Shown: positions 25,688-38,557 of the stretch, one piece after another
Layout of the letters: the number at the start of each line of letters is the position of its first letter
Numbering within the stretch: the first letter of the stretch is position 1
From: Octopus sinensis
Taxonomy: Eukaryota
Length of the DNA: 64,000 nucleotides
NCBI RefSeq assembly: GCF_006345805.1
Contig: NC_043000.1
Span: forward strand, 145,576,001-145,640,000
Direction: 5' to 3'
The notes under the pieces: model-generated
The model's database searches: none
What the model saw: the letters and a program-made list of their open reading frames with translations, nothing else
Told to the model about the DNA's origin: nothing
Position numbers and translations under genes: made by a program

Positions 25688-25893
25688 TGGAAGAATGGTT
25701 AGCTCGACGGGCAACATGCTTAGCGGCATTTCCTTTGTCTATGCATCTGGAGTTCAAATTCCCTCGCAGTGAACTTTGCCATTCATTCATTCACTTCAGG
25801 GTCGATAAAATAAGTTTTAATTGAGACCTGGGATCGATGTAATCGATTTATCCTTTCCCTCGAAATTGCTAGTCTTGTACCAAAACTTGAAAT
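25688..25893 (+). mobile_element. SINE family A, degenerate
   Basis: GCTTAGCGGCATTT..GAGTTCAAATTCC..GGGTCGATAAAATAAG. Confidence 0.75.
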
Positions 25894-25904
25894 TTGAGAA
25901 CTGC

Positions 25905-26390
25905 TGCCAACACTTTTTTTCTGCAAAATTGGGTAGCTTATCCTATTCAGGTTATATTATTAGCATTATCCTACGATTGAGAATTTAAAATCACTTCTTT
26001 AACTTTCTAAGACGTCTCAACGCTTCTAAAGCAAACTTCGTTTTTTTTTTTTTACGTTCATCTTAATTTGAATTTATCGTATGATAGTGTCTCATAAAGC
26101 GAGATTTCTATATATCTTAAATTTGCGAAAGAACTTGTGGTGTGGGCGGTTTAGCTTAATGGTTCAGAACACCGCGCCGCGTAATCACGGAGGAGTGAGT
26201 TCGAGTCTCATAGCTGGCCGCCAAACTTGTTTTTCTGCAAAAGGGGGTGGCTTATCCAATTCAGACTATATTATTAGCATTATCTTGCGTTTGAAAATTT
26301 AAAATCACTTCTTTAATTTTCTAAGACATCTCAACGCTTCTAAAGCGAACTTCGTTTGTTTGTTTACGTTCATCGTAATTTGAATTTATT
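25905..26390. repeat. Imperfect direct repeat of about 170 bp (25905-26077 / 26220-26388) around a tRNA-like sequence
   Basis: Shared TTCTGCAAAA..TATATTATTAGCATTATC..AATTTAAAATCACTTCTTTAA.TTTCTAAGAC.TCTCAACGCTTCTAAAGC..TTTGAATTTAT. Confidence 0.85.
26144..26220 (+). pseudogene. tRNA-like sequence (pseudo-tRNA or SINE head)
   Basis: A-box TAGCTTAATGG and T-arm GTGAG-TTCGAGT-CTCAT. The anticodon and acceptor stems are imperfect. Confidence 0.55.
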
Positions 26391-28427
26391 ATTGTTGCTT
26401 TGGGAGTATTACAATTATTGCAGGATTTTTCACTCTAGAGGTCTGTATCACTTGGGTACATGCAGGGTTGCTTGTGATATATGAGTAGTAACTTCTGTAA
26501 GTTACGGGGTTAGGTTAAATATTCTCTTTTGTAAGTTTTATTATTTCCTTAGTCACTCAATTTTAAGAACAATATCCCTTATATCTACTACAATTCTCCT
26601 TATATCTGCTAGCAGATCTTTACATTAGGATGATTTCTCGATTTCTTTTAGAGATACGATGCAGTACATTTTATGCTGCAAGAGCCAACTTCGATTATCC
26701 TTACATACAATTTCCCGTTGAATTCTTTCAGCTATCACTCCACCCACCTCCCTCTCTTTTTCTCCCTCTCCCTCTCTCTCTCTCTCTATGTCTATCTCTT
26801 TTTTCTCTATCTCTCTCAATCAGGTGATTAATATTTACTTGACATTTTCCACGTATGGTTTAGTTAAAGTACTTGTATTCTGCTTCTGTACATGTTTGTG
26901 TTTCTGCATATGTAAAGTATTTAGCCTTGCCATGCAATCAAATACCTTTTGCTACCAGTTTGGATTTCATTGCCAAATATTCAGCGTCTTGTGTCTTTTT
27001 ATAGATTTTCGCGTTGGGCATTCGTATAAAGTATTGACACTAAATGGCTTTTCCAGCCAACTGAATCATATGATACTTTATAATCTGATTTTAATTTACT
27101 TTCTAGATTTAAGAAATAATATGATGCTATATCTACAACTTGCTAAAGGCAGTCAGTTAACTGCGGTGGTTTGTTGGATTTTTCGGGTGGACAGGTTCTT
27201 GCAGAAAGTAAACGGCTTTTACTTTCGTTAATGTTTCATAGATATGAATTTACCACCCGTTGTCATTTACAGTATAAGTCTTAGTTCTGCAATAAATATA
27301 AATAAAACAATTGTTAGACGATCATATCAGCCTTCTTTCTTGTTAAATATATTTCCTTTGTGTATTTCAGCTGCACTCAGTATCCATCCTTTTTTAAGTC
27401 TCTAGATTTGCTATTTTCTTTATATCCAGACAAGAATGCTGTAAAAATAACATGTCACTAGAACAAATAGTGTGGTGATAACTGTTACCTTACTGTTAGT
27501 ATTTAATTCTCATTAAAAATAAAAACAGTTCTCGTTCTAGAAATTTGTTTCTTCGTTTGCGTTGTGTTTGGCCCACTTCATGAAACACTTCATATTGCTA
27601 GTCTGTATTAAATATATTTATCTGCTCGTATTTTTACAACTAGGATAGAATTATAAGTTCCTTCACCATTTTTGCTATTGTGACTGTTTATATCTCTGCT
27701 CTCACCGAGTAACCACCCGTTAAATTTATATATCTGAAGCTATATATTTAAATACAATGATCTCGTTTAAAACTTATACAATTCTGACTGAAATTGTCTT
27801 CTAACGTTTTTCTCGTGGGGCAGCTGCATAGATAAACCTTCATAAGTTTATTCAGGTCAGCTGGTTTTTGTGCAGGTGAACGTATATCATCAACTTTAAA
27901 CAGTTATACGTATAGGAATAGTTATCAAAAGCATACCTAAAATAATACCAGTAGTAAGAAAAAGCGGTTATATTCCTATCTTATGTCCTACTCTTCTTCT
28001 GAAGCGCGAGAAATCAATACTGTCATTTTGTTTTTGAATATGATATTTATTTTCTGCAACCTAGCATTCAGCGGTCACTTCAGCCATCACCAGCACTCCA
28101 TTTACTCTATATACATTCAGCCGTCATTGAGAAGACAATTTATCGAAAAGTTAAGAACGTTGAATATAACGAGCCATTCATCAATTACTATTCTCACGTC
28201 TGCCTATAGAAATTTGCTGGCTGAAAAGGTTGGCGACACGTCGCCCAATAGAAGATAATAGAAAGGAGGCGAAAGCGAGTTCAGCAATCTTCTGCATCAA
28301 TCATTAATACTTACTAGAAATTTACTGCAATAAATCAAAGATGACGCGAAGAGACTACAGGGGGTGGTAAATATAGCAACTGGAGTAAGTTCACACGAGT
28401 TAGCGGTGCCTTATATTGTACAAGTTA

Positions 28428-28430
28428 TCA

Positions 28431-28486
<56 letters not shown>

Positions 28487-28533
28487 GTTATTATTATTAT
28501 TATTATCGCCATCGTTATCATCATCATCATCAT

Positions 28534-28626
<93 letters not shown>

Positions 28627-28680
28627 TACTGCTGTTGCTACTAATAATACAATAACAATAACAATAATAATAACAATAAC
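28428..28680. repeat. (ATT)n-(ATC)n-(ACT)n compound microsatellite
   Basis: Direct reading. Confidence 0.95.
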
Positions 28681-28883
28681 AAAACCAATCTGTACTTCAT
28701 TTGCTACAGACGTGACGAATGTGGGGCATTGAAGGGGTGGATTTGAAAACAAACTGCAGTCGTTTTACATGAAAAACTATACGTTGAAAATAGAAAAAAA
28801 ATCTAAAATGTAAACATAATTGATACATTTTCAATAATTGGAGAGTGAAGTCCGATATCTTTTTCTATAAGAATGATTTCTAA

Positions 28884-29226
28884 TATAGGCACCAGGACAA
28901 CTATCTTAAGGGAATTGTTTCATCGATTACATCGATTTCAATATTCGAGTATTACTTTAGTCTATTGATTGCTAAAGGACCACAGGCAGAAACACCTACG
29001 GCAGAAATTGTAAACGGAACATAAAGAGCTGGAGAAATAACGTAAAGTATTTATTCCCACGTTCTACGGACTCTTCCAGCTCGCCACATTCATTAAGCTT
29101 CGTATTTTGTCAACTCTTAAAAGGGGAAATTCAAAGGCTAATCCGGCGAGATTTGCAATCAGAATATAAAAACCCGGAACAAATACCACAGAATATTTCT
29201 TCCTACGCTCTAACGATTCTGCCAAA
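28884..29226 (-). mobile_element. Two degenerate family-A SINE copies
   Basis: Residual ATCGATTACATCGA, CCAGCTCGCC and CTAACGATTCTGCCA motifs. Confidence 0.55.
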
Positions 29227-29228
29227 TA

Positions 29229-29465
29229 AATATCAGGAGACCCGAAGATGGCAGGAATTTAAATGATACTGTTCATGGGAACTAACCAATCCTACAAAAA
29301 ATTTTGACTATGTAATCAAAATTTTGAAACAAACTTATAATTTTCTTGTTTTCCAAAACATTCTCTTGGACAATTCTTTGTGCCAAAATAAATATATTAT
29401 TCTCTGGACATAATATGAACTTCCAACTTGTTTCTTGAGGTATCTGCGGCTACATCTCTTACGGC
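29229..29465 (+). mobile_element. R4/Dong-like 3' end fragment (same subfamily as 304-886)
   Basis: ISGDPKMAGI..ILFMGTNQS and a 3' UTR matching the reverse complement of 350-590. Confidence 0.65.
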
Positions 29466-29474
29466 GAAACAGTC

Positions 29475-31082
29475 AAGAATATTTTGTATATGGATGATAT
29501 AAAACGGTATGCTGCAAATGACAAACAGCTGGAAACATTACTAAAAATAGTGCATAGATTTACCAAAGACATACACGTGTCATTCGGCTAAGGAAAATGT
29601 GCCAAAGTACCCTTGAAAAGTAGAAAACAGTTAAGAATAACATTATTACAAAAGATAAAGCAAATGAAATAAGAGAATTAGACCAACGCGAGACATGCAC
29701 ATACTTGGGAACTATTAAAATAGATACGTTACAAAACATAAAAATATAAGTGAAGAGAAGGAAGGAATACTATAGACGAGTGAGATTAATACTTAAAACA
29801 GAGCTCAATGTGAAAAGAATAGGTATCAACACTGTAGCCGTCCCAGTTACAGGTTACATCTCCAATATTTTTAATTGGTCTCTAAATGGAGTAATCAAAC
29901 TAGACAGGAGAAAAAGAAGAATAATGGCAATTTAGGATGCACCATCGAAACTCTGACATAGAAAAGTTATATATACAACGTATTAAAAATGGTAGACTCT
30001 TTATACAACTAGAAAGCTATTATAAAATTACCGCAATAGGATTAGAAGTGAGGAGAATGGTATAAATAGCCGCAAAATATGTGCAAAACAAAAAACTGTT
30101 TTCTGTCTTTAAGGAAGCGGTAAAATACAAGAAATAAGTACCTGACAACTATGAAGTAAAATAGGAAGCAACGAAAGCTATACAACAATTGAAATCCAAA
30201 CTAAAAGTGGATCAACAGAGTATCATGATAAAACAATGGGAAGAAAAGCCCATACATTGCCAAGGTAAACAGAAAAGATATAGACGAACGAAAATCACAA
30301 CAATGGCTGAAAAGATCAGGACTCAAAGCAGAGACTGAAAGATTTTTAATTTGAGTACAAGGTCAAAGCCTCCTCATCAGAAATCACCAGAAACAATAAT
30401 GACGAGAAATACAACTGCAGGATATGTGGTAATGAGGAAGAAACAATAAATCATTGTCTCTGACTGCCCAGTACTGGCTAAGATGGTATATATCCCCAGA
30501 CATGACGGAGTTGGAACCAATACACTGGAAGCTATGCCAATACTATGAAGTGACAACAGAAAAAAATATAGTATAGGCATAACTCAGAAAAGTTCTCAGA
30601 AAATGACAAAGCAACCATACTCTGGGAAATACCACTATACACAGATATAGAGAAATCAAGACTAATAGACCGGATATAGTTGTCACAGATCAGCAAGAAA
30701 AAGAATGCCTTCTAATCGATGTAACAGCACCAATAGATGAAAATGTATCTCTAAAATAAACGGAAAATATCTCAAAATAGAAAGACCTGGAAAGAGAGGT
30801 AATCGGAATATGGAGCCCAAAACCAGAAACAATTCCTATAATAACAGACACATTAGGTATGATTATACAATTTCCTGCCAAATATATAACTGAAATACCA
30901 TGGCTTACGAATGTATATAGCATACGGGAAATAGTATTACTTAGCACCGAGCGCATCCTATATAAAACACTTTCAATACAGTGTGAATAAGAACACTACA
31001 ACAAACCATAGCACATACTCAAGGCACAGAGAGCTGCGCTAGGTAGTGCAGTTAAAGCACGTGATAACAATAACACTACTGA

Positions 31083-31084
<2 letters not shown>
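29475..31084 (+). mobile_element. R4/Dong-like LINE, older decayed copy
   Basis: ILYMDDIKRYAANDKQLETLLK, KEYYRRVRLILKTELN and RPDIVV. Collinear with 31670-33340 with many stops. Ends CTACTGAAT+(AAT)n. Confidence 0.9.
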
Positions 31085-31117
<33 letters not shown>

Positions 31118-31141
31118 TAATAATAATAATAATAATAATAA

Positions 31142-31205
<64 letters not shown>

Positions 31206-31216
31206 TAATAATAATA

Positions 31217-33233
31217 ATGAACAAGCACCTGGCCGAAAACAAACTGTTCCCAGAAGAGCAGAAAGGATGCCGCAAAGGCTCATATGGCTGTAAAGATCAA
31301 CTAATGATTAATAAAGCCGTAACTGAAGACAGCCACAGAAAGAAGAAAGGCCTCAGTATGGCCTGGATTGACTACAAAAAGTCGTTTGATAGCATCCCCC
31401 ACACATGGATCCTCGAAACACTAGCCATTAACAAAGTAGCACCAACAATCATAAAATTCATAGAGCACTCTATGAATAAATGGCAAACAGTCCTACACCT
31501 CCAAACAAAAGAGGGACTCATGAAAACCAAAGACATCCCCATTAGAAGAGGAATATTCCAGGGAGATACGCTCTCTCCACTCCTTTTCTGCTTGGCACTG
31601 TCACCTCTATCTGATATGCTAAATAGAACTGGATGCGGATATAAATGTTACGGCAAAACGATCAGCCACCTTTTATATATGGATGACCTAAAACTATACG
31701 CTGCAAATGACAAACAGCTGGAAACACTATTAAAGACAGTTCATGGATTTACCAAGAAATAGATATGAATTTGGATTAGAAAAATGCGCCAAAGTAACCA
31801 TGAAAAGAGGAAAACTAGTTAAGAGTAACAACATCACACTAGATGAAGCAAATGAAATAAAAGAATTAGACTAAAGCCAAACTTACAAATACTTAGGAAT
31901 CCATGAACTAGATAAGACACAACACACACAATGAAAGAGAAAATAAAAAAAGAATATTATAGACGAGTTAGATCAATACTAAACACAGAGCTCAATGCTA
32001 AAAACAAGATAATAGGTATCAACACTTTAGCTGTCCCAGTTATAAGTTACAGCTACAATATCCTTAACTGGACACGAAATGAACTGACCAAAATAGATAG
32101 GAAAACAAGAAAAATAATGACAGGATCTAGGATGCATCACCAAAAATCTGACATAGAAAGACTATATATACAACGTATAGAAGGTGGTAGAGGCCTTATA
32201 CAGCTGGAAAACTACTATAAAATAACCACCATAGGACTGCAAAAATATCTACTTCAGAAGGAAGGAAAACTGATCCAGATAGCGGCAAAACACGAGCAAA
32301 ACAAAAAACTGTTCTCAGTATTTAAGGAAGCTGACAAATACAAACAAGAAATCATACCACCTAATAAACATGAAGAAGAAGAAGAAGAAGATGAAGAAAC
32401 AACAAAAGCTATAAAAAAAATGAAATCCAAACTAAAAATAGAACAGCAACGAACCATGATAAAACGATGGCAAGAAAAGCCCCTTCATGGTAAATACTGG
32501 ACTAAACTAAACGCAAAAGAAATAGACAAAGAAAAATCCCAGCAATGGTTGAGAAGCTCAGGACTCAAAGCAGAAACAGAGGGATTTTTAATTGCAGCAC
32601 AAGACCAAAGCCTCCCCACCAGAAATTACCAAAAACATGTAATGAAAAGAAATATTACAAGTAACTGCAGAATATGTGGAGATGGACAAGAAACAATAAA
32701 TCATATTATCTCTAGCTGCCCAGTCCTGGCTAAGAAGGAATATATTCACAGACATGACAGAGTTGGAACTTACATACATTGGAAGCTATGCCAACATTAT
32801 GGAATAACAACAGAAAAAAGATGGTATAGGCACACACCAGAAAAGGTCACAGAAAACGAGAAAGCAACCATACTCCGGGATATGCCGATACACACAGATA
32901 GAGAAATTAAGGCCAACAGACCAGATATAGTTGTCAGAGACCATGAAGAAAAAAATGCTTTCTAATTGATGTATCAGTACCGGCAGATGACAACGTGTCT
33001 CTAAAAGAAATGGAGAAACTCTCAAAATACAAAGACCTGGAAATAGAGGTAACTAGAATGTGGAATCTGAAAACAGAAACATTCCTATCATAGTAGGTGC
33101 ATTAGGCATGATAAAAAAATATTCAGACAAATACATAACAAAAACACCAGAACTTACAAACACATATAACATACAGAAAATTGCACTACTAGGCACTGCA
33201 CACATCCGACGCAGAACACTTTCCATACAATAA
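31217..33233 (+). pseudogene. RT/RLE ORF of the Dong-like LINE, disrupted
   Basis: EQKGC..KDQLMI, AWIDYKKSFDSIPH, GIFQGDTLSPLLF, SHLLYMDDLK, CRICGDGQETINHIISSC, RHD, RPDIVV and [16 protein letters not shown]. Frameshift near 31760, stop near 31872, and further frameshifts near 31930 and 32955. Confidence 0.92.
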
Positions 33234-33333
33234 CCATCAGAGCATCACAACAAATCACAGCACATACCCAAGGCACACAGAGCTGCGCTCGGTAGTGAAG
33301 TGAAAGCACGCTATAAAAATAAAAATAAAACTA

Positions 33334-33340
<7 letters not shown>
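31217..33340 (+). mobile_element. R4/Dong-like RLE LINE, young 5'-truncated copy in (TAA)n
   Basis: Near-continuous RT-thumb-CCHC-RLE coding, a 3' UTR and an (AAT)n tail. Dong elements are known to target (TAA)n. Confidence 0.95.
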
Positions 33341-33374
<34 letters not shown>

Positions 33375-33388
33375 TAATAATAATGATA

Positions 33389-33434
<46 letters not shown>

Positions 33435-34763
33435 TATTATTATTATTATTATTATCATTTTAATTTATCTTCTTAAAATTCCGCTTCGTCATATTCTTTG
33501 AACTGTCAAAAATAATTGACTGATTTAATACTTCAATATTAACCTTAACCAAATTAATAGTTTCTCGTAGACAGCAACAAAAACGAAAACATATACAACG
33601 GATGTGTAAATGTTGAATTGGCAGTAGCAGAAGCATATAAATAAGAAGATGAGGTGTAGTACAAGGAGAGGTGCGGAGGTGAAAGGAGAGGGGGTGAATA
33701 AAATTGATGATGATGATGAGGAGGAGGAAGAGGAGGACGACGGTGACGACGACAGCGCCAATGACGAGGAGGAGCAGGAGGACAAATTTGTAACATTAGC
33801 AACATTAGCAACAGGAAAAAAATAAGAGCGATTATTGTAGTATGAATTTTGTATCAACTACAATGAAAATGGATGAGGCAAAACAACGAATAGGCATCAC
33901 CAACGTTTTTGGCTTCCTTTCTAAACAAACAAATTTCTTTCAACTTCTAAATGACGTAAAAGAAAATAGAAATTGATGAATATACCGTATAAGTATTACT
34001 GTTTATGATATGTCAAGAAAGAAGATAATAATACCTCCAGTGTCGTAAATCTATGCAAGTCCATGAAAGAGTTATGCGTTCTCTATTCCTAGACACCATC
34101 AGAGAACAAAAGAAACAATGTTTCTTCAGTATATAACATGTAAAACATATACGCAAGTGAAGTATTTAAATTCTTATAATGTAAATATATACAAACGTAT
34201 GTTTTCGGCATTATGTTAATATTGAATGAAACAAAATGAGTCATAAAAAATCTCGAATCCTTACGAAATTTTAAATTGTGAAAAGAAACTAAAAGTCGTT
34301 GTGTCTTTATACAATATCACAGTTCTCCATATGAAAAGAAAAGCGTAAAATTTCCCAGTACATCAGTATAAACATTTTAAAATGAATGCACACGTATTTT
34401 TGTGTGGCATAATGTCCATGCCTAAAATTACGTTTCAAATCCCACGAGAAACTGGCAATGTAATAATGTATGAAATATGCACGCACGTGTTGTGCGTGTA
34501 TCTAAATCTGTGTATATATGCGTGTGTGTATCGCTAGTTAAAAGCGGATATCGTGTCACATAATTCTTCAATATTTTACACGAGGGAAACACTCGTACGA
34601 TCTTTTCGTGCGTGTAAGCACTTCATTATATACATCGATAGTGGCAAACAATCATTGCCACTTCCGCTGCCTGGACTACCAGTTCACATGATTTCGATCT
34701 TCTTTCGCTTTGCCAATTGTAGATTCCTGGTTGCTGGAAATAACAGTAACTACTTCGCCAATG

Positions 34764-34794
<31 letters not shown>

Positions 34795-35129
34795 CACAGA
34801 GACCAATTGAGGCTGTGTGCCGCTAAAAGCCAGTGGGCTTATCAAAAACAAAATTAAAGTGGCAGAGACAGTATTATTATCAAAAGATAAAATTTACCCC
34901 CACTTAAAAGTGGATGTTGAGTTAAAACACACAGCACTGTGATATTTACCACGAGGGAAACTCTCATGATTTTGTGGTGCGTATAAGAACGTCAATGTCT
35001 ATATCGCTAGCGATTGATTATCAACGTCAGTTATGCTCCCAGGACAACCAGATCTCATCATGTCGGCCTCCTTTGGCCTTGTCAAGACCATATAAATTTA
35101 TCCCGCGGTAAATATCACAGAGCTGTGGG

Positions 35130-37715
35130 CTATATTCTGGAGTCGGGCGGGTAAGTCAGTTGCCCTGGATCTGAGGAGTAATGACGGGTTTGCTTTCAGA
35201 TCAGTGGCTGTTTATGTTCTGACAGGAGCAGAACGGCCAGATTTTTCCAGGAAACGTCTCGATCTTTAGTGCTAGTGGGTGACTGAAACGCCATCTCGGA
35301 TACGCGTAAGATAGTGTGAGGCTAGCTGTTAATAAGTGCCGGTGTAAAAGCCTCGCAAACCTGCTCAGCGTTTTGAACTCTCTCGCAGTTACACATTGGA
35401 TTTGCCGAATGTGCATGGACGAATCACATCGTGTATGTAGATCGTATCTAGATAGAGCAGTCCATAGGCCAGTAGATATGTGAAGAATGTATGCTAACTT
35501 TATCTACTTGCCTACAAACTAATCTAAGTTGTCCACTTTTCAAAATTGTCGGCTAAACAGATCACACATTTATAATCTGATTAGTTGACCTAGATAGGTT
35601 TCGTAGACAGGAATCCGGCTGCAGGATGTTGAACGTGTTACTCCCGGCGTGCGAAGATTATTGAGGCTCGATTAAAGAATTAGTTAAGCGGTCACTGATT
35701 GGAAGCAATCCTCAACAACAAACGTCGGTTCGTTCTGAAAATGGCAATAAGACTAGAATCCATTTTTAGTAAGGCATTAGAGATAGAAGGAAAGAGAGTA
35801 GAGGAAAACTTATTTAGAATCTTTGAAGAGACGTGTAAGAAATGTATTGCGACCGATTTGCACCCAGCGAGATTCGCTTGCTCTGTTGCTACAAGCGTAA
35901 AGGATGGTTGTTAAAGCTAATACGTGAGCTCAAAAAATCCTCGGAGCGGAAATCCTTCGATGGGCCTGAGTGGAAAAGATGCACGGTTGCAACAAAGCTA
36001 CCATTTGGTCTTTTGTAGAAGTCTGCCGAATGTTACTAGCATTTCGCTCAACTCATTGAATGGATTGTCAATCCCAAATAGTTGGAGTGCAGTACCTACC
36101 TCGACGGCATCTTATATTTCTCGACAAGGGAAGCTGATAAATACGAGATGCGCTGATGGGGTGTAAATCGTCTAGTTTGAGAGGTCTTCTCAATGAGCTT
36201 TACATGTCAGTCTTGTTTGGTGACCTTTTAGCAAATATCTACTGCAACTAGCGACAGAAGACGAGAACTGTGCTTCTTTGAGTCGAGAAGCATTTGCACT
36301 GCTAAAAACACAAATAAGAGGGATCAAATACAACGTGTTAGACACATAACGCTGCTGAAAGCAGATATTAAAATTTTAACCAAGGTGTTAGCAAAGAGGT
36401 TGACGTCTGTTGTCAAGGAGCCGATTGGTGATGCCCAACCATGTGCTATCCAAGCAGATCTGTCCACGAAAACCACCACTTCATTTGATACATTCTAGAC
36501 CAGGGGTGGGCGAACTTTTTTGATCGCGGGCCGCACAGTGCATCTTTGGAACCTTGGCGGGCTTCATTTATAAAAATCAAGTGAAAACTATTGTGAATTA
36601 CCGTACAACTGAAACAGTTACGAAGTATCTGCATAGAAGTTGGGATTCATAAAAGCTCTCGGCGGGCCGCATGAAAACCTATGGCGGGCCGCATGCGGCC
36701 CGCGGGCCGTAGTTTGCCCACCCCTGTTCTAGACAGAGTGGGTCATGGGTGGGGCTCTTATCAGTTTCATTGTATCAAAAGTCTTCTATCGAGACGACCA
36801 GCAATACTTTGCGGCCGTTGTTACAGCCGCCGGATTCGGTCACGATTTCCGTGTTTCGATTACCGAAATATACTGCGACATCTACTCAGTTGTTCGGGTG
36901 AATAGTTACTTATAGGAACCATTCAGCACCATGCGTTCGGTTTGTCAAATGTGTCAGCTCTCGTCAATTTTGTATGTACTGGCTCCAGAGCCATTACTAT
37001 GGAAAATGCAGGCGCTGAGAGGAATCCCGCGTGAACTAGGACGAGAGAGAACCGTGTCGGCTTATGCTGCCGACGTCACAGTATTAATGTCGAATACCAT
37101 GCAAACATACTTGATCGGCAGTGCTCTTAAAGCATTCGAGACGGTGACAGGACCAAACTTTAACAGAAAGTGAACGGGCGTGACCCCGGCACCGGGAGTG
37201 GAAGGTCTATGCCTCCAATAACGTCGTGGGACACTGGACAAAGGCAGCAGCTAAACATTACTCGAACTCTAGTTTGGTCCGGATGTCCAGTTGGAGAACC
37301 GGAACGAGCAGGGTAATCAATCTGTCCCAGAAAGTGGCTGACAGACACCTTATCTCACAGGCCAGCTTGAGGTAGCAATGCAGACATCACCGCGTTTATA
37401 TATTAGCGTCTGACCGTCATGCCTTACCTCTATTTACATCTGACCAAACTGAAACGCATACACTTCTTTCTGTGAAAGGGATGCATTCACTGCTCAGGCG
37501 CTTTATTTGTTTGTCAACATCAGCTGAATGGAGGGCTGAGCATGCCGTGGCAGATCATGTGCAGACATGCAATACTGGATGAATCGCGAACCGAGGTAGG
37601 GCGCCTGGAACCTAGAATATTGTTACAATTCTGTCTGTCGAAGATTGCAGTCGCTGAATATTCCAATTTGGCGTTCCATAGTCTGGCGGGCAAATGTGAC
37701 ATGATGCTCAGGGAG
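35130..37715 (+). mobile_element. Tx1/L1-like LINE ORF2 remnant (APE + RT)
   Basis: APE-like GKSVALD..FRSVAVYV..ERPDF. RT-like ITLLKADIKILTKVLAKRL..QPCAI, RSVCQMCQLSSILYVLAPEPL and VSAYAADVTV. Also LNGGLSMPWQIMCRHA. Confidence 0.8.
36501..36726. mobile_element. hAT (Charlie/Buster-type) MITE with 8-bp TSD
   Basis: TIRs CAGGGGTGGGCGAACT / AGTTTGCCCACCCCTG. Subterminal GCGGGCCGCA repeats. Perfect TSD TTCTAGAC at 36493-36500 and 36727-36734. Confidence 0.95.
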
Positions 37716-37718
37716 ACT

Positions 37719-37719
37719 C

Positions 37720-37785
<66 letters not shown>

Positions 37786-37825
37786 TAGCAGCAGCAGCAG
37801 TAGTAGTAATAGTAGTGGTGGTAGT

Positions 37826-37857
<32 letters not shown>

Positions 37858-37880
37858 TAGTAGTAGTAGCAGCAGCAGCA
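37719..37880. repeat. (TAG)n/(CAG)n microsatellite
   Basis: Direct reading. Confidence 0.95.
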
Positions 37881-37914
37881 GGATTTAGAAACGAATATAT
37901 GTCATAGAAAATAT

Positions 37915-38268
37915 TCTTTCTACTCTAGGCACAAGACCCGATATATTTTGGGGCAGGGGCCAGTCGATTAGATCGAATTCTTTATGCAACTTGTGCTCAA
38001 TTTATCGACCCTGATAGGATATAAAGTCGACCTTGGCGGAATTTGAACTCAGAACTTATAGACAAACAAAATACCGCTGAACATTTTGTTCAGCGTGCTA
38101 ATATTTTTGCCAGCTCGCCGCCTTGTGCTATAGAAATATATCCTTTTCTACTATAGGCAAAAGGCCCGAAACGTTTGAGGAAGGGGGGCCAGTCGATTAG
38201 ATGACCCCGGTACGCAACTGGTACTTAATTTATAGACCCCGAATGGATAAAAACACAGTAGACCTCCA
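37915..38268 (-). mobile_element. Two tandem family-A SINE copies (second truncated)
   Basis: GCCAGCTCGCCGCCTT head end near 38124. AATTTATCGACCC and CAGTCGATTAGAT core in both copies. Confidence 0.82.
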
Positions 38269-38356
38269 TGGAAAGTTATAAAAATAATATTATTAAGATT
38301 ACGAACAGCGTTAATCGTTAAAGATCGGATTAATATTTCGCTATATTTAACAGAAA

Positions 38357-38557
38357 TTTAACAGAAAGTCGACGGGCGTGACCCCGGCACGGGAGTGGAA
38401 GGTGTATGCCTCCAATAACGTCGTGGGACACTGCACAAAGGTAGCACTTAAATTACTCGAACTCTAGTTTGGTCCGGATCTCCAGTTGGAGAACCGGAAC
38501 GAGCAGGGTAACCAATCTGTCCCAGAAACTGATTGACAGACACCTTATCTCACAGGC
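38357..38557 (+). repeat. Local duplicate of Tx1-like segment 37159-37362
   Basis: Near-identical TTTAACAGAAAG..GACCCCGGCAC..CTCGAACTCTAGTTTGGTCCGGAT..CACCTTATCTCACAGGC. Confidence 0.9.

Noticed and set aside
26788-27900. 147-aa Cys/Phe-rich ORF and surrounding non-repetitive-looking DNA as a possible receptor exon
   Set aside because: It starts inside a (CT)n tract, has no recognisable motif, and the opposite strand has frequent stops. It may be a very old TE, but this cannot be supported.
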